From NCBI GenBank assembly GCA_963666315.2, contig CAXXHG010000018.1, positions 32,001-96,000 of the forward strand: a stretch of DNA of 64,000 nucleotides, in the 5' to 3' direction. A program made the translations under genes and the position numbers. Shown here piece after piece: positions 43,745 to 53,845 of this stretch (position 1 is the stretch's first letter; each line of letters begins with the position of its first letter). The notes below the pieces were generated by a model, which ran no database searches, had not been told where the DNA came from, and saw only the letters and a list, made by a program, of their open reading frames with translations. Origin of the DNA: Candidatus Binatia bacterium. GTDB taxonomy: Bacteria > Desulfobacterota > Binatia > Bin18.

Positions 43745-44935
43745 GTGGACTTAGCCTATTCCAAAGAAGATGAAGCCTTTCGCAAAACGGTTCGGACCTG
43801 GCTGAAGACGAATCTTCCCAAGAAACACAAAACCGCGAGTGACCTGCCACCGGACGATCCCCAGCGCGTTCAGCGCGCCAAGGACTGGCAACGCAAGCTG
43901 TGCGCGGCGGGCTATGTTGCCCTGAGCTGGCCCCAAGAGTACGGCGGCCAAGGCAACCCGGATATCATGCGCCAGACCATAGTGAATGAAGAGCTGGTCC
44001 TGGCACGGGCACCCGGGCTGATCGGCGCATCAGGTCTGACTATGCTCGGTCCCACCCTCTTACAGGTTGGTTCAGAAGAACAAAAGCGTCGCTATCTGCC
44101 TAGAGTCCTGACAGCTGAGGAAATATGGTGCCAGGGCTACTCCGAGCCGGGCTCGGGTTCTGATTTGGCCTCGCTGCGTACCAAAGCCGAACTCGTAGGC
44201 GATACATTCATAGTCAACGGTCAAAAGGTCTGGACCTCGGGCGCACAGTTTTCAGACTGGATGTTCTGTTTGGTTCGAACCGATCCCGATGCGCCCAAGC
44301 ACCGCGGCATTTCGTACATCCTGATTGATATGAAAACGCCGGGCATCACCGTCCGGCCGCTCGTCCAAATGACAGGGGATGCGGGCTTTAACGAAGTCTT
44401 TTTTGAAGACGTTCGCGTGCCACGAGAAAATCTAGTGGGCGAACTCAACCAAGGCTGGTTGGTCGCCAACGCGACACTTTTTCACGAACGCAATATGCTG
44501 GGCTCAACTACGCGCACCCAGCTCATGATGCAAAATCTCGTCCGCCTGGCACGCTCCCATCAGCGCTATGGCAAACCCGCCGCACAAGATCCCATCGTCC
44601 GACAAAAACTGGCTGACCTGACCATACGGGCAGAGGCCATGCAGTATCATTCCTACCGGCAGCTGACCGATGCCACAAAGGGCCGTGCGCCGGGGATCGG
44701 CGCCATGGTCAACAAACTGGTGGGAACCGAACTCAACCACGACATTTGCGCCCTGGCCTTAGAGATCATGAATTCCTACGCCCCGCTCAACCGCGGTGCC
44801 ACCCATGTCATCGACAATGGCATTTGGCCGTATGAGTTTATGTTTACGCTGGGGCTTATTATTGGTGGTGGGACTTCCCAGATTCAGAAGAATATTATCA
44901 GCGAGCGTGGGCTCGGCATGCCCAAGTCACGTTAG
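43745..44935 (+). CDS. Acyl-CoA dehydrogenase (catalytic-type subunit)
   Basis: WCQGYSEPGSGSDLASL, NGQKVWTS, FNEVFF, GGTSQIQKNII. Confidence 0.93.
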   Translation: MDLAYSKEDEAFRKTVRTWLKTNLPKKHKTASDLPPDDPQRVQRAKDWQRKLCAAGYVALSWPQEYGGQGNPDIMRQTIVNEELVLARAPGLIGASGLTMLGPTLLQVGSEEQKRRYLPRVLTAEEIWCQGYSEPGSGSDLASLRTKAELVGDTFIVNGQKVWTSGAQFSDWMFCLVRTDPDAPKHRGISYILIDMKTPGITVRPLVQMTGDAGFNEVFFEDVRVPRENLVGELNQGWLVANATLFHERNMLGSTTRTQLMMQNLVRLARSHQRYGKPAAQDPIVRQKLADLTIRAEAMQYHSYRQLTDATKGRAPGIGAMVNKLVGTELNHDICALALEIMNSYAPLNRGATHVIDNGIWPYEFMFTLGLIIGGGTSQIQKNIISERGLGMPKSR

Positions 44936-44990
44936 CGAAACGAGGGGTTAGGGATTAGGGGCTGGGGGAGAACAGGGGTAGGAAGAGAGT

Positions 44991-46118
44991 ATGGATTTCG
45001 GTTTATCGGAAGAACAAGACTTGCTGCAAAGTTCAGCCAGAGCGTTTCTCGCCCAAGAATGTCCGCCACAGTTCGTGCGCGCCCTGCTGGACGACAAAGA
45101 CGGCTTCTCAGCTGAGCTGCATCGTAAGATGGCGGAGCTGGGCTGGACCGGCTTACTCATCCCAGAGAAATACAGCGGCCTGGGGCTCAGCATGCTCGAT
45201 ATGGCCCTGCTCCTGGAAGAAATGGGCAGAGCCGTTGTGCCCGGTCCGTTTCTCTTTTCGTCTGTGCTGGCCACATTCGCCATTATGCAGGGTGGCAGTG
45301 CGGAGCAGAAAAAAGCCTGGTTACCACGGCTTGCTGCGGGTGAAGCGATTGGCACCTTGGCATTTCTTGAAGCCAGTGATCGTCTTGACGCGGCTGGGAT
45401 CACGCTCAAAGCCAAGAAACAACACGGCGACTATACACTGAACGGCACCAAGATGTTCGTGCCGTTTGCCTCGGTCGCGGACGTGTTGGTCGTCGCCGTG
45501 CGGACCAGTGGCAAAGGTGAAAAAGGGGTGAGTCTGGTACTGGTGGAACGTGATGCACCAGGCTTGACCATCAAACCGTTAGACATTTTCGACAGCACCC
45601 GGCGTGTGTACGAAGTTTACTTCAAGAATGTACCGATCAGCGGTTTTCTCAGTAAAGAAGGAAAAGGCTGGAAACTGCTTGCTCGGCTTCAGGACATGGC
45701 GTGTATCGCGCTCGCCGCAGACAGTCTGGGCGGAGCGCAGCAGGCGCTGCACATGGCAGTCGAGTACACCAAGGTCCGCGAGCAGTTTAATAGCCCCATC
45801 GCCTCCTTTCAGGCCCTCAAACATATGGCGGCAGAAATGGTAAGCGACATTGAACCTGCCCGGTCGTTGGTATGGTACGCTGCCTACGCCTTTGCGACTC
45901 ACTCCCGCAAGACATCTCGCGCGGCATCTGTCGCCAAGGCACGGCTGTCTGATGTGTATTCGCGCACCACCAACCGCGCGGTCCAGATGCACGGCGGGAT
46001 AGGCTTCACCTGGGAGCACGACATGCACTTTTGGTTCAAGCGGGCCAAGTGGAATGAGTTTGCCTTCGGCGATGCCACCTACCACCGGGAACGCATCGCG
46101 CAATGGGATGGGTTTTAG
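44991..46118 (+). CDS. Acyl-CoA dehydrogenase (partner-type subunit)
   Basis: REQFNSPIASFQALKH, QMHGGIGFTWEH. Confidence 0.93.
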   Translation: MDFGLSEEQDLLQSSARAFLAQECPPQFVRALLDDKDGFSAELHRKMAELGWTGLLIPEKYSGLGLSMLDMALLLEEMGRAVVPGPFLFSSVLATFAIMQGGSAEQKKAWLPRLAAGEAIGTLAFLEASDRLDAAGITLKAKKQHGDYTLNGTKMFVPFASVADVLVVAVRTSGKGEKGVSLVLVERDAPGLTIKPLDIFDSTRRVYEVYFKNVPISGFLSKEGKGWKLLARLQDMACIALAADSLGGAQQALHMAVEYTKVREQFNSPIASFQALKHMAAEMVSDIEPARSLVWYAAYAFATHSRKTSRAASVAKARLSDVYSRTTNRAVQMHGGIGFTWEHDMHFWFKRAKWNEFAFGDATYHRERIAQWDGF

Positions 46119-46174
46119 TAGACTTTTCCGTCATTCAGGCTAAGTGTTGTCACGACGCCGAGAGAGGCATCCCT

Positions 46175-46897
46175 ATGTATATATCTTTGGTCTTTGCAAT
46201 CTTCTTTTGCTGTATCAGTCCACTCGTAACTGCCCACGCTCTGCCCGAACCCCACATTCCCATGGGTGCACTATGGCAGATGACGCTTGCGCAAACAGAG
46301 GGATTATCCAGCCTTGATCGGCAAATCGACGGGAGCCTCAAGGCAGCGGCAACGATTCGCTCTGGCGCAGAAATCGTCCTGTATGCCACGTGGAAGGAAC
46401 GGACCGTTACGTTTCGGATTGATCGCAACTTTGGTTTGCACGCCATTGGCATCGAGCTCGTACCTGAAACGATCCAGCATTCTCCAACTGCAGGCGATGC
46501 CGAATTACGCGATCTCCAGTACCGTGCCCCCATGCGGATTGCCGTCGTCAACAAATATGGCAAGCCACACGGTATCTCTCGCCTGTGGGACGCACTCGAC
46601 GTGAATGCGCTGCAGGCCTCCATGTGGAAAGAAACTCATGTGACCGATTGGTTCTACACCTTGTCCTGGCTGATTTGGGAAGGCCAGGCGACACGGATTG
46701 CAGTGGGCGAACAGGAAGTCTGGTATGTGAGCCAAGCGTGGCTCGAGCGGCGGAAGCAGGCCAGAGCCTTACTTAAACGGCATGCACTCGCGGCCCAAGA
46801 CAGCGATCTGGTACGCCAGGCCGAACGACAGGAACGCCTCGACCGGGCACGTGAGGCTATCCCCGCTCGGGCGGAGGAGTTCGAGCCGTTGCTCTAA
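46175..46897 (+). CDS. Hypothetical exported protein
   Basis: Signal-peptide-like N-terminus, GAGG RBS, 240-aa ORF. Confidence 0.6.
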   Translation: MYISLVFAIFFCCISPLVTAHALPEPHIPMGALWQMTLAQTEGLSSLDRQIDGSLKAAATIRSGAEIVLYATWKERTVTFRIDRNFGLHAIGIELVPETIQHSPTAGDAELRDLQYRAPMRIAVVNKYGKPHGISRLWDALDVNALQASMWKETHVTDWFYTLSWLIWEGQATRIAVGEQEVWYVSQAWLERRKQARALLKRHALAAQDSDLVRQAERQERLDRAREAIPARAEEFEPLL

Positions 46898-46955
46898 TCA
46901 ATTCAATGGAACGCTGCCCCTCTTTCCCGTATCTTATTGAGCAGAGGAACCTATC

Positions 46956-47714
46956 ATGACCTCCGTTCAACGGAATCATTTACCTCAGAGACAGCAGCAA
47001 CTACAAGTGTGGAGAGGGCAGCTGTGCCAACTCTTCCGGAGGCTAATCCTCTGGAGGATCCACTTGTCTCTGCTGTTCTTAATGGTCGCTTCCACTACAA
47101 GTTTGTTATGGGTCTCTTCAGTCCGCGTCTCGGCAAATACAGCTCAGTACCTCTTTGTTCAAACCGAGCCTGTGCCTGGACTGCAGCGCTGCAGCCTGGG
47201 TGGAGGCGGCAGTAATGGTAGTATGACCTCACGAACTCCCTTCAAGGTCAGACTGACCGGCTTCCTGCATACAAGCACCAAGCAGCAGGCAATCCTCGGG
47301 CTTGTAACGTTCGATATTTCTTCACTCAACAAATCATATCTATTCGCACTCGCCACCTTGGAAGCGGTCGACCAACCCCGGATATCTCCACGTAAAATTC
47401 TCCGGACGATTCGGAGGTACGAAAACAACTTCGACGTGGTCGGCTCCTCTCAGCTCCTTTCCAGGATCGCTAATGCAGAGCCAGGCACCTATATCACTCT
47501 GACCGGTTTCTTAACCCTGCGGAACAGGCGGCTGCAGATTGTGGCAGTAGAGACACAGCCGTATGGCGCCCAGAATGGGCTTTCCGCACACCCGCCCAGA
47601 AACCAACGCTATCCTGCGCACGTCCTCGCTGAACAACAGCGGAGGCGTCCCACATCGAGTGCGCCTTCACAGGCAGAGTCATCGGGGCCTTCAGACCAAG
47701 ACAAGCCGGTTTAA
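46956..47714 (+). CDS. Hypothetical protein
   Basis: 252-aa ORF with GAGGA RBS and a hydrophobic segment. Confidence 0.55.
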   Translation: MTSVQRNHLPQRQQQLQVWRGQLCQLFRRLILWRIHLSLLFLMVASTTSLLWVSSVRVSANTAQYLFVQTEPVPGLQRCSLGGGGSNGSMTSRTPFKVRLTGFLHTSTKQQAILGLVTFDISSLNKSYLFALATLEAVDQPRISPRKILRTIRRYENNFDVVGSSQLLSRIANAEPGTYITLTGFLTLRNRRLQIVAVETQPYGAQNGLSAHPPRNQRYPAHVLAEQQRRRPTSSAPSQAESSGPSDQDKPV

Positions 47715-47990
47715 TATTTGGCTTGCGAGCAAAGGGTTATACACGAAGGGCTGGGATACTCGAATCGCAGGAGAGAGCGTATGGCCGATCGGAGCGTGCA
47801 ATCAGAAAGATCGTGCAGAACGATCATGAAGTCGCGGATCGTCTCTTTCAGTGCCTGAGTTCTACAAGGCTGCCGCTGTAGACCGGATAAGGACGAACAG
47901 ACCACAGAGGTCAAATAGGCCCAGTCCCATCAGTATGCCCGGAGGAATAACGTCGGGCCCGTTCTTGCCACTTCTTAAAACGAGGGGAGG

Positions 47991-48212
47991 TTACTCCTCT
48001 TCCTCTTCGAGTCCAGCCCACTGGTCTGGAAGTGGCTGCGGACCAGGGCGAATACCGGCAATGTCCGGGTCCTCCTCGCCCTCAATGCGCGGAATCTCGA
48101 CTTTGCGTGCCTTTGCCTCGCGCCTCCGCTCAGCTTTCTCCTTTTGCTTCTGTTGGCGGTCCCGTTCCCGCTGGCGCTTGAGAAAACTTGTGGGTTTTGC
48201 TCTACCTGGCAT
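47991..48212 (-). CDS. Small charged protein (basic helix + DPDIAGIRPGPQP + acidic tail)
   Basis: 73-aa ORF starting 1 nt after the RRM gene stop. Confidence 0.75.
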   Translation of the reverse strand: MPGRAKPTSFLKRQRERDRQQKQKEKAERRREAKARKVEIPRIEGEEDPDIAGIRPGPQPLPDQWAGLEEEEE

Positions 48213-48213
48213 C

Positions 48214-48477
48214 CTACCACCGTCGCTCGCGGCGCTCTCGGGGCCGGGCTTCGTTCACCGTTAAGGGACGCCCCATAAACTCATGTTCGTGGAACCGTTC
48301 AACCGCGGCCCTAGCCTCATCGTCGTTTTCCATTTCAATAAAGCCGAATCCACGAGATCGCCCACTCTCCCGATCCGTAATAATATTGGCCGACGTGACC
48401 GCTCCGACTTCACCGAACAACGCTTCGAGATCAGCCGGGGTTGCGTCCCACGAGAGATTTCCGACAAATAACTTCAT
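48214..48477 (-). CDS. RRM RNA-binding protein
   Basis: RNP2 LFVGNL, RNP1 RGFGFIEM, LTVNEARPR. Confidence 0.95.
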   Translation of the reverse strand: MKLFVGNLSWDATPADLEALFGEVGAVTSANIITDRESGRSRGFGFIEMENDDEARAAVERFHEHEFMGRPLTVNEARPRERRERRW

Positions 48478-48834
48478 CACAACAGTTGCCTCCTCTGGCA
48501 AGAAAATAGTCCCGGCGATCTATCGAGAGTTCGTCTGGGTACCATTCTTACAAATCATATAAATGCGCAGTCCGATAGGGGTATAAATTTTTCCGTACTC
48601 CTCTTTCACAGTGCACCCCTCTACTATCTTCACAACCGTATCATATCTGTCAGAGCAGAATCATCGAAAAGAGCGCCCCTGTCGCAAGCTTTGCTTTTCA
48701 GGACATATACCCCTCGTTGTCCTACAAACCCTCCCCTCCGACTTCAAGGGCGGCCAACTCTAGAGAATCTTTGCTTGCACTGCTCATGGGCAGTGGTATG
48801 ATCTGACTGAATTTTGCAGTATGGAGGGGGTCGT

Positions 48835-50004
48835 ATGCTCAGTCCCGAAAATCTACCCAGTCTCCCTATGTCGGGCGTGGTTGACGCCGACGGCCACATT
48901 CTTGAGGCCCCCGATTTATGGGAGCAATATTTAGAACCTCAGTACCGCGACCGTGCGGTACGTATCCGTAAAGACGCCGACGGTCTGGAATATCTTGAGG
49001 TGAATGGCAAGCCATCCAAAATGACGCGTAAGGGTGCCCCATCTGGACTCGGCGTGATGGATCGGCTCGGAGGCATTGAATACAAGCGCGAACCCACTGG
49101 TTCAGGCTATGTAGACAACGCGTCGTTTGGTTCTATGGACCCCAAAGAACGGCTGAAACGCTTGGATATCGAGAACATCGAGAAGGTATTTCTCTACCCG
49201 ACCATTGGCCTGCTGTGGGAACCTGAGTGTGAAGATCTTGAGTTGTCCATGGCCTATGCCCGAGCCTATAACCGTTGGTTGGTGGACTTTTGTTCGGACT
49301 CGGACGGCCGGCTCATTCCCATCGCCCATATTCCTATTGGCATTCCGGAGCTGGCTGAAGAAGAACTACGCCGAGCGGCCAAGGACGGTATGAAAGGTTT
49401 CTTTGTCGCGCCTTATATTTGGAGCCGCAAAGCGCATGGCCATCCTGACCATGATCGGGTATTTGCCGCAGCCCAAGAACTGGATATGCCGTTTGGCATC
49501 CACCCGTCTTTTGAACCACACTGGGCTGTCCCAACCCGCTTTGGCCGCATGACCAGCTTTTCTACGGCATTCTATCAAAACATCACTGGAGGAGATGCCA
49601 TCCGGGGCGGCTTCACCTCGCTGTTTCAATACGGCGTATTCGACAAATTCCCGGATCTCAAGGTCATTATACTAGAAATCGGTGCGGGCTGGATTGGCTA
49701 TTGGCTGGAGCGTATGGACGCGGTGTATGAATCGCCCCTCGGCAAGAGTGTCCCCCTCAAAAACAAACCAAGCGAGTACTTCCGCCGACAGTGTTGGATC
49801 TCAGGCGACCCGGATGAACGCTCACTGGCCGGCGTGATTCCTTTTGTGGGCAAGGATCGATTTTTCTGGGCGAGCGATTTCCCGCATGCCGACCATCCAC
49901 CGGAATACATTCCCAATTTGATTGAGTTAATAAATCTGATGTCCGAGTCGGTACGAGAAGGCATATTGGGCAAGAACGTGCTCACATGCTACGGCATGGA
50001 CTAA
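48835..50004 (+). CDS. Amidohydrolase_2 family protein
   Basis: DADGHILE, LYPT, ARAYNRW, WASDFPHAD. Confidence 0.92.
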   Translation: MLSPENLPSLPMSGVVDADGHILEAPDLWEQYLEPQYRDRAVRIRKDADGLEYLEVNGKPSKMTRKGAPSGLGVMDRLGGIEYKREPTGSGYVDNASFGSMDPKERLKRLDIENIEKVFLYPTIGLLWEPECEDLELSMAYARAYNRWLVDFCSDSDGRLIPIAHIPIGIPELAEEELRRAAKDGMKGFFVAPYIWSRKAHGHPDHDRVFAAAQELDMPFGIHPSFEPHWAVPTRFGRMTSFSTAFYQNITGGDAIRGGFTSLFQYGVFDKFPDLKVIILEIGAGWIGYWLERMDAVYESPLGKSVPLKNKPSEYFRRQCWISGDPDERSLAGVIPFVGKDRFFWASDFPHADHPPEYIPNLIELINLMSESVREGILGKNVLTCYGMD

Positions 50005-50198
50005 GGACGGGGACGACGTAGCCATACCAACACACAACAGGAGACGAGAGCGCGCGGTATCAGCCGGCGGTCAAAGAAGTCATTCAGTGCCGCTACGGCT
50101 TCTTTGATGCCCATCTGCCGCACGGCCGGATTTTGAAGACATATCAATATCCGCATGAGCGGGAGGGCCGGCCGGTCGCCCCTACAGCAGAGGTATAC

Positions 50199-50522
50199 GT
50201 GCCCTCGTTTACTACGATTAAGCGGTACGCACTAGAATATATTGACCGCTACTTCGCTGCTGCTCTCTCAGCGACAAACCTCCACGACTGGGCACTCGCC
50301 CATCCAACCTTTACCAACCCCAAAGCGCTCGATAACGATGAAGACTGGGCGCTCAATAATACCCTAGCGTTAATGATAGCGCTGGCAGACACAGCTAAAG
50401 TACAAGCACAAGTCGAGGAGCAATTGAGACAGGCACGCCGGTTTCTGGCTGGAGAACAAGCACTACCAAAAGATCGTTGGCCCGTGGGTTTATTGAGCAC
50501 AAAGGATAGGGGCGGTTCATGA
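50199..50522 (+). CDS. Hypothetical protein
   Basis: GTG start with GAGG RBS, 107 aa, flanked by REP-like palindromes. Confidence 0.55.
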   Translation: MPSFTTIKRYALEYIDRYFAAALSATNLHDWALAHPTFTNPKALDNDEDWALNNTLALMIALADTAKVQAQVEEQLRQARRFLAGEQALPKDRWPVGLLSTKDRGGS

Positions 50523-50536
50523 AGAACCGCCCCTAT
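50506..50536. repeat. REP-like palindrome between convergent genes
   Basis: ATAGGGGCGGTTC-atgaa-GAACCGCCCCTAT. Confidence 0.7.
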
Positions 50537-50560
50537 ACATCAAATCCAGGAAAATCAGCC

Positions 50561-51220
50561 TTATTTCGGCTGGGGAACGATACGCAGATATGGTTTCGGT
50601 GCTTTCCAGCCCCCGGGATACTTTTCCTTCGCCTCGTCGTCGGAAACGGAAGGCACGATGATCACATCGTCGCCCTGCTTCCAGTTCACCGGCGTCGCGA
50701 CTTTATGTTGCGCCGTCAATTGGCAAGAATCCAGCACCCGCAGGACTTCATCGAAGTTTCGCCCCGTGCTCATAGGATAGGTAATCATGAGTTTGATCTT
50801 CTTGTCCGGACCGACGACAAAAACCGACCGCACCGTTGCATTATCGACCGCCGTACGCCCCTGCGCTGTCCCACTCGCGTTCGGGTGGATCATGTCGTAT
50901 AGCTTGGCAACGGTGAGATCCGTATCGCCAATCAGCGGATACGTTACGGCATTGCCCTGAGTCTCTTCGATATCTTTGACCCATTCCGTGTGATCGGATA
51001 CGGGATCAACGCTCAGCCCGATAATCTTACAGTTACGCTTCTCAAATTCCGGCTTGAGGCCGGCCATATAGCCGAGCTCAGTGGTACAAACCGGGGTGAA
51101 ATCCTTGGGGTGCGAGAAAAGAATGGCCCAGCCATCCCCGACCCATTCATGAAAATTGATCATTCCCTGCGTCGTCTCCACCGTAAAATTGGGAGCTTCC
51201 TCACCGATATGTAGCGCCAT
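50561..51220 (-). CDS. 1-Cys peroxiredoxin (Prx6)
   Basis: HPKDFTPVCTTE, TGRNFDE, ATPVNW, PYLR. Confidence 0.95.
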   Translation of the reverse strand: MALHIGEEAPNFTVETTQGMINFHEWVGDGWAILFSHPKDFTPVCTTELGYMAGLKPEFEKRNCKIIGLSVDPVSDHTEWVKDIEETQGNAVTYPLIGDTDLTVAKLYDMIHPNASGTAQGRTAVDNATVRSVFVVGPDKKIKLMITYPMSTGRNFDEVLRVLDSCQLTAQHKVATPVNWKQGDDVIIVPSVSDDEAKEKYPGGWKAPKPYLRIVPQPK

Positions 51221-51345
51221 CGTTCACCTCCTTAAGGATAATACCGTTCATTGTTCATATTGAGATGAGATCATTCGATTAGACCGGCTCGTTTATAACG
51301 CCTTCCAGAACGAAGTGGAAGAGGGGTTTTGTCTCAACGTGAGCC

Positions 51346-51555
51346 TTACATATTCAGCCGAAAGCCGACTTTGATCTTGACCTGAAATTCATTCACCTTG
51401 CCGTCCTGGATCATCCCCCGCACCTCGATTACCTAAAACCAGTCTAAATTTTTTAACGTCTAGTTTGCCCGTGCGATCGCATTCTGAATAGCCTCTTCAA
51501 TCGAGTTTCCCGATACTCCGACTAACTCAATCAACTTATACGTCTTGTCTGGCAT
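51346..51555 (-). pseudogene. Dodecin with two in-frame TAG codons
   Basis: MPDKTYKLIELVGVSGNSIEEAIQNAIARAN*TLKNLDWF*VIEVRGMIQDGKVNEFQVKIKVGFRL. Confidence 0.88.
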
Positions 51556-51606
51556 AGCTCTTCCCTTCCGTCGTGACACCGAGTGTTTGAGGGGCTTACC
51601 CCGCTT

Positions 51607-51846
51607 TTAGCCCTCTAGCCAGGCCTTCATCTCTTCGTCACTCAAATAGCGAAAGCCCACATCAAGCGTGACTTGATACTCCCCGACTGTGCCGCCGACA
51701 ACTGTCCCGCGGAGCGCCTTGACTTCAAACCAATTGAGCGCCTTGAGCGTCTTATTCGATTGCTCGATCGCATTACTCACCACAGCCGATATCGACTGCT
51801 CCGAAGTTCCTACAATCTCGGTAATAACATAGGTTTTATCCGGTAT
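51607..51846 (-). CDS. Dodecin; ATA at the start-codon position
   Basis: (I)PDKTYVITEIVGTS...LNWFEV...YQVTLDVGFR; strong GGAGG RBS precedes the ATA. Confidence 0.85.
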   Translation of the reverse strand: MPDKTYVITEIVGTSEQSISAVVSNAIEQSNKTLKALNWFEVKALRGTVVGGTVGEYQVTLDVGFRYLSDEEMKAWLEG

Positions 51847-51975
51847 ATGCCTCCCTCCTTTCCGGTTATGACAGTGTTGATGCTCAGTCTGAGCTTCCAC
51901 TTGCCTCCGATCTACTCCGTATTCTCTGCCCCGCAGCTCTCCCCTGTCAACCATAGAATCTTTTCAATAGAACCG

Positions 51976-52389
51976 TCATTGGTCGAATTCACGATAATTC
52001 ACCACCCGCCAGCCGTCCGTCTGGCTGCGTACCGTCAACAGAATATTCTTCGTAAACCGGCCAGCACCATCAACATCGAAGTGGGCCTCATACAGGAAGG
52101 AAATGCTCGCTTCACCACGCGGAGTTTCCTCAACGAGCTGGTAATACACCCGCGGTTGTCGCGTTGCCGCATCAATGGGTTGTCCTGCGGTCAGCTGAAT
52201 TTCTTCCTCTAGCCGACTGCGGGCGAAACCAGTGCAATAGGCTTTAGCAGCCTGGAGATCAATCTGCACATAATGCGCATCGAGAAAGCGTTCAGCCGTC
52301 CCCCTGGCGGTATTGGAGTCAGGCTGACACCCACTGACAAGAAGGAGAACGGGGAAAAAGACACTCAAGACAAAATGAAACAATTGCAC
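51976..52389 (-). CDS. Hypothetical lipoprotein
   Basis: Lipobox VSGC after a hydrophobic segment. Confidence 0.65.
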   Translation of the reverse strand: MQLFHFVLSVFFPVLLLVSGCQPDSNTARGTAERFLDAHYVQIDLQAAKAYCTGFARSRLEEEIQLTAGQPIDAATRQPRVYYQLVEETPRGEASISFLYEAHFDVDGAGRFTKNILLTVRSQTDGWRVVNYREFDQ

Positions 52390-52404
52390 ATCACTCCCTT
52401 CGCC

Positions 52405-52695
52405 CTAGGATTTCTTTTTAAACAAGGCATCTAATTGCGCCCGGGCATCGCCTCCCATTGGACGTGAGGCAGGGAACGACGGCGGGGTGAGACTAAAGAA
52501 GTCACAAAAGTTTGCGGCTTCCTTATTTTGAACCAATTCGGCGTTCGGTTCACGGCACACATCGGCAGAACGAACATCATAAAAGGAACAGTTCCGACAA
52601 CACCGCAACTCCGCTCCGCATTCAGGACACGTCTCACGCCGCCCAATGGGACCTACCAGCGCAATCTCTGCTTGGCACTGATGACACACTCGCAT
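52405..52695 (-). CDS. Small Cys-rich zinc-binding protein
   Basis: CHQC, CPEC, CRNC, KEAANFCDFF, LDALFK. Confidence 0.75.
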   Translation of the reverse strand: MRVCHQCQAEIALVGPIGRRETCPECGAELRCCRNCSFYDVRSADVCREPNAELVQNKEAANFCDFFSLTPPSFPASRPMGGDARAQLDALFKKKS

Positions 52696-52803
52696 GGCCG
52701 CCTCTTTTGCGCTGCTCATTCTATGCTCCGAGCTCTGCCCACGCACTCACTTTCTTAGAGTCCGACTTGTTGATACCATTGAGAAGGCTAGATTGAAATT
52801 CCC

Positions 52804-53742
52804 ATGACATCGGAACTCCACGATCTATGTGATCGCTATATGCTGTATCTACGGGTAGAGAAAAGTGTCTCCGCCCATACCTTGCGCAACTACCTCAGCG
52901 ATCTGCACCAATTTTTCATTTTTATTGAAAAGCCTCATGACCGGGCCGCATCCCGTCCGGTTGATGTGACACACATCACCCATCATATGATCCATGCCTT
53001 TCTGTCCACCTTGTATCGACGGCATACAAAAAGTTCGATAGGCCGAAAATTGTCAGCACTCAAGAGCTTTTTTCGCTTTCTAGTACGAGAAACGATTATT
53101 GAGCAAGACCCCACTCTGCAGGTGAGTTCGCCTAAGAAAGACCATCCACTGCCTAATTATCTGCCGGTCGACGATATGTTCCGTCTGTTAGACACCCCGG
53201 CACGTGATACTCCAGCGGGCCTACGCGACCGGGCTATCCTGGAAGCGCTCTATTCCTGCGGTCTGCGGGTCAGTGAGCTCACGAGTCTCAATTGGAATGA
53301 TATCGATGCAAACCTCGAAGTCCTGCGCGTGACGGGAAAGGGGCAGAAAGAGCGCATTGTCCCGATTGGGAGCAACGCACTCGCAGCGCTCCAACGCTAC
53401 CGCACCGAGATTCCAGCCTTGCTAGGCAATCACTACCAGCCCGGATCTCCGGAGGCACATGCGTCAACACCCATCTTTTTGAATCAACGCGGCGGCCGCT
53501 TGACAACCCGCAGCATTGCCCGGCTCGTGACGGCGTATGCCAAACAATGCGGCATAGCGCTCAAAACCAGTCCGCATGCCCTACGGCATACATTCGCCAC
53601 GCACTTACTAGATGCTGGGGCCGACCTCCGCGCCATTCAGGAACTGTTAGGACACGCCAGCCTCTCGACAACCCAAATATATACGCATGTCAATTTGGAC
53701 CGACTCACCCAAGTGTATGACAAGGCGCACCCCCGCGCCTAG
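52804..53742 (+). CDS. xerC: Tyrosine recombinase XerC
   Basis: LYSCGLRVSE, GKGQKER, HALRHTFATH, LGH...TTQIYT; xerC-hslVU synteny. Confidence 0.92.
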   Translation: MTSELHDLCDRYMLYLRVEKSVSAHTLRNYLSDLHQFFIFIEKPHDRAASRPVDVTHITHHMIHAFLSTLYRRHTKSSIGRKLSALKSFFRFLVRETIIEQDPTLQVSSPKKDHPLPNYLPVDDMFRLLDTPARDTPAGLRDRAILEALYSCGLRVSELTSLNWNDIDANLEVLRVTGKGQKERIVPIGSNALAALQRYRTEIPALLGNHYQPGSPEAHASTPIFLNQRGGRLTTRSIARLVTAYAKQCGIALKTSPHALRHTFATHLLDAGADLRAIQELLGHASLSTTQIYTHVNLDRLTQVYDKAHPRA

Positions 53743-53845
53743 CCTCACAAGCAGGACCGGTTCGAGTCCAATATTAAGGAAAAGCACGCACAGGTCGTCT
53801 ACATAACATTATCGCAGGAGCGTCCCGTCGGAGAACGGACGCGTA

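Noticed and set aside
50001-50156. Minus-strand ORF fragment MGIKEAVAALNDFFDRRL, possible hydrolase C-terminal remnant
   Set aside because: Too short to assign without a search.
52804-53742. Integron or phage integrase serving the repeat array
   Set aside because: Typical XerC size and context, lacks the IntI-specific insertion, and is 48 kb from the repeats.
53751-53770. tRNA fragment or attachment site (GGTTCGAGTCC) after xerC
   Set aside because: No acceptor, D or anticodon arms and no CCA; xerC-hslVU is standard chromosomal synteny.
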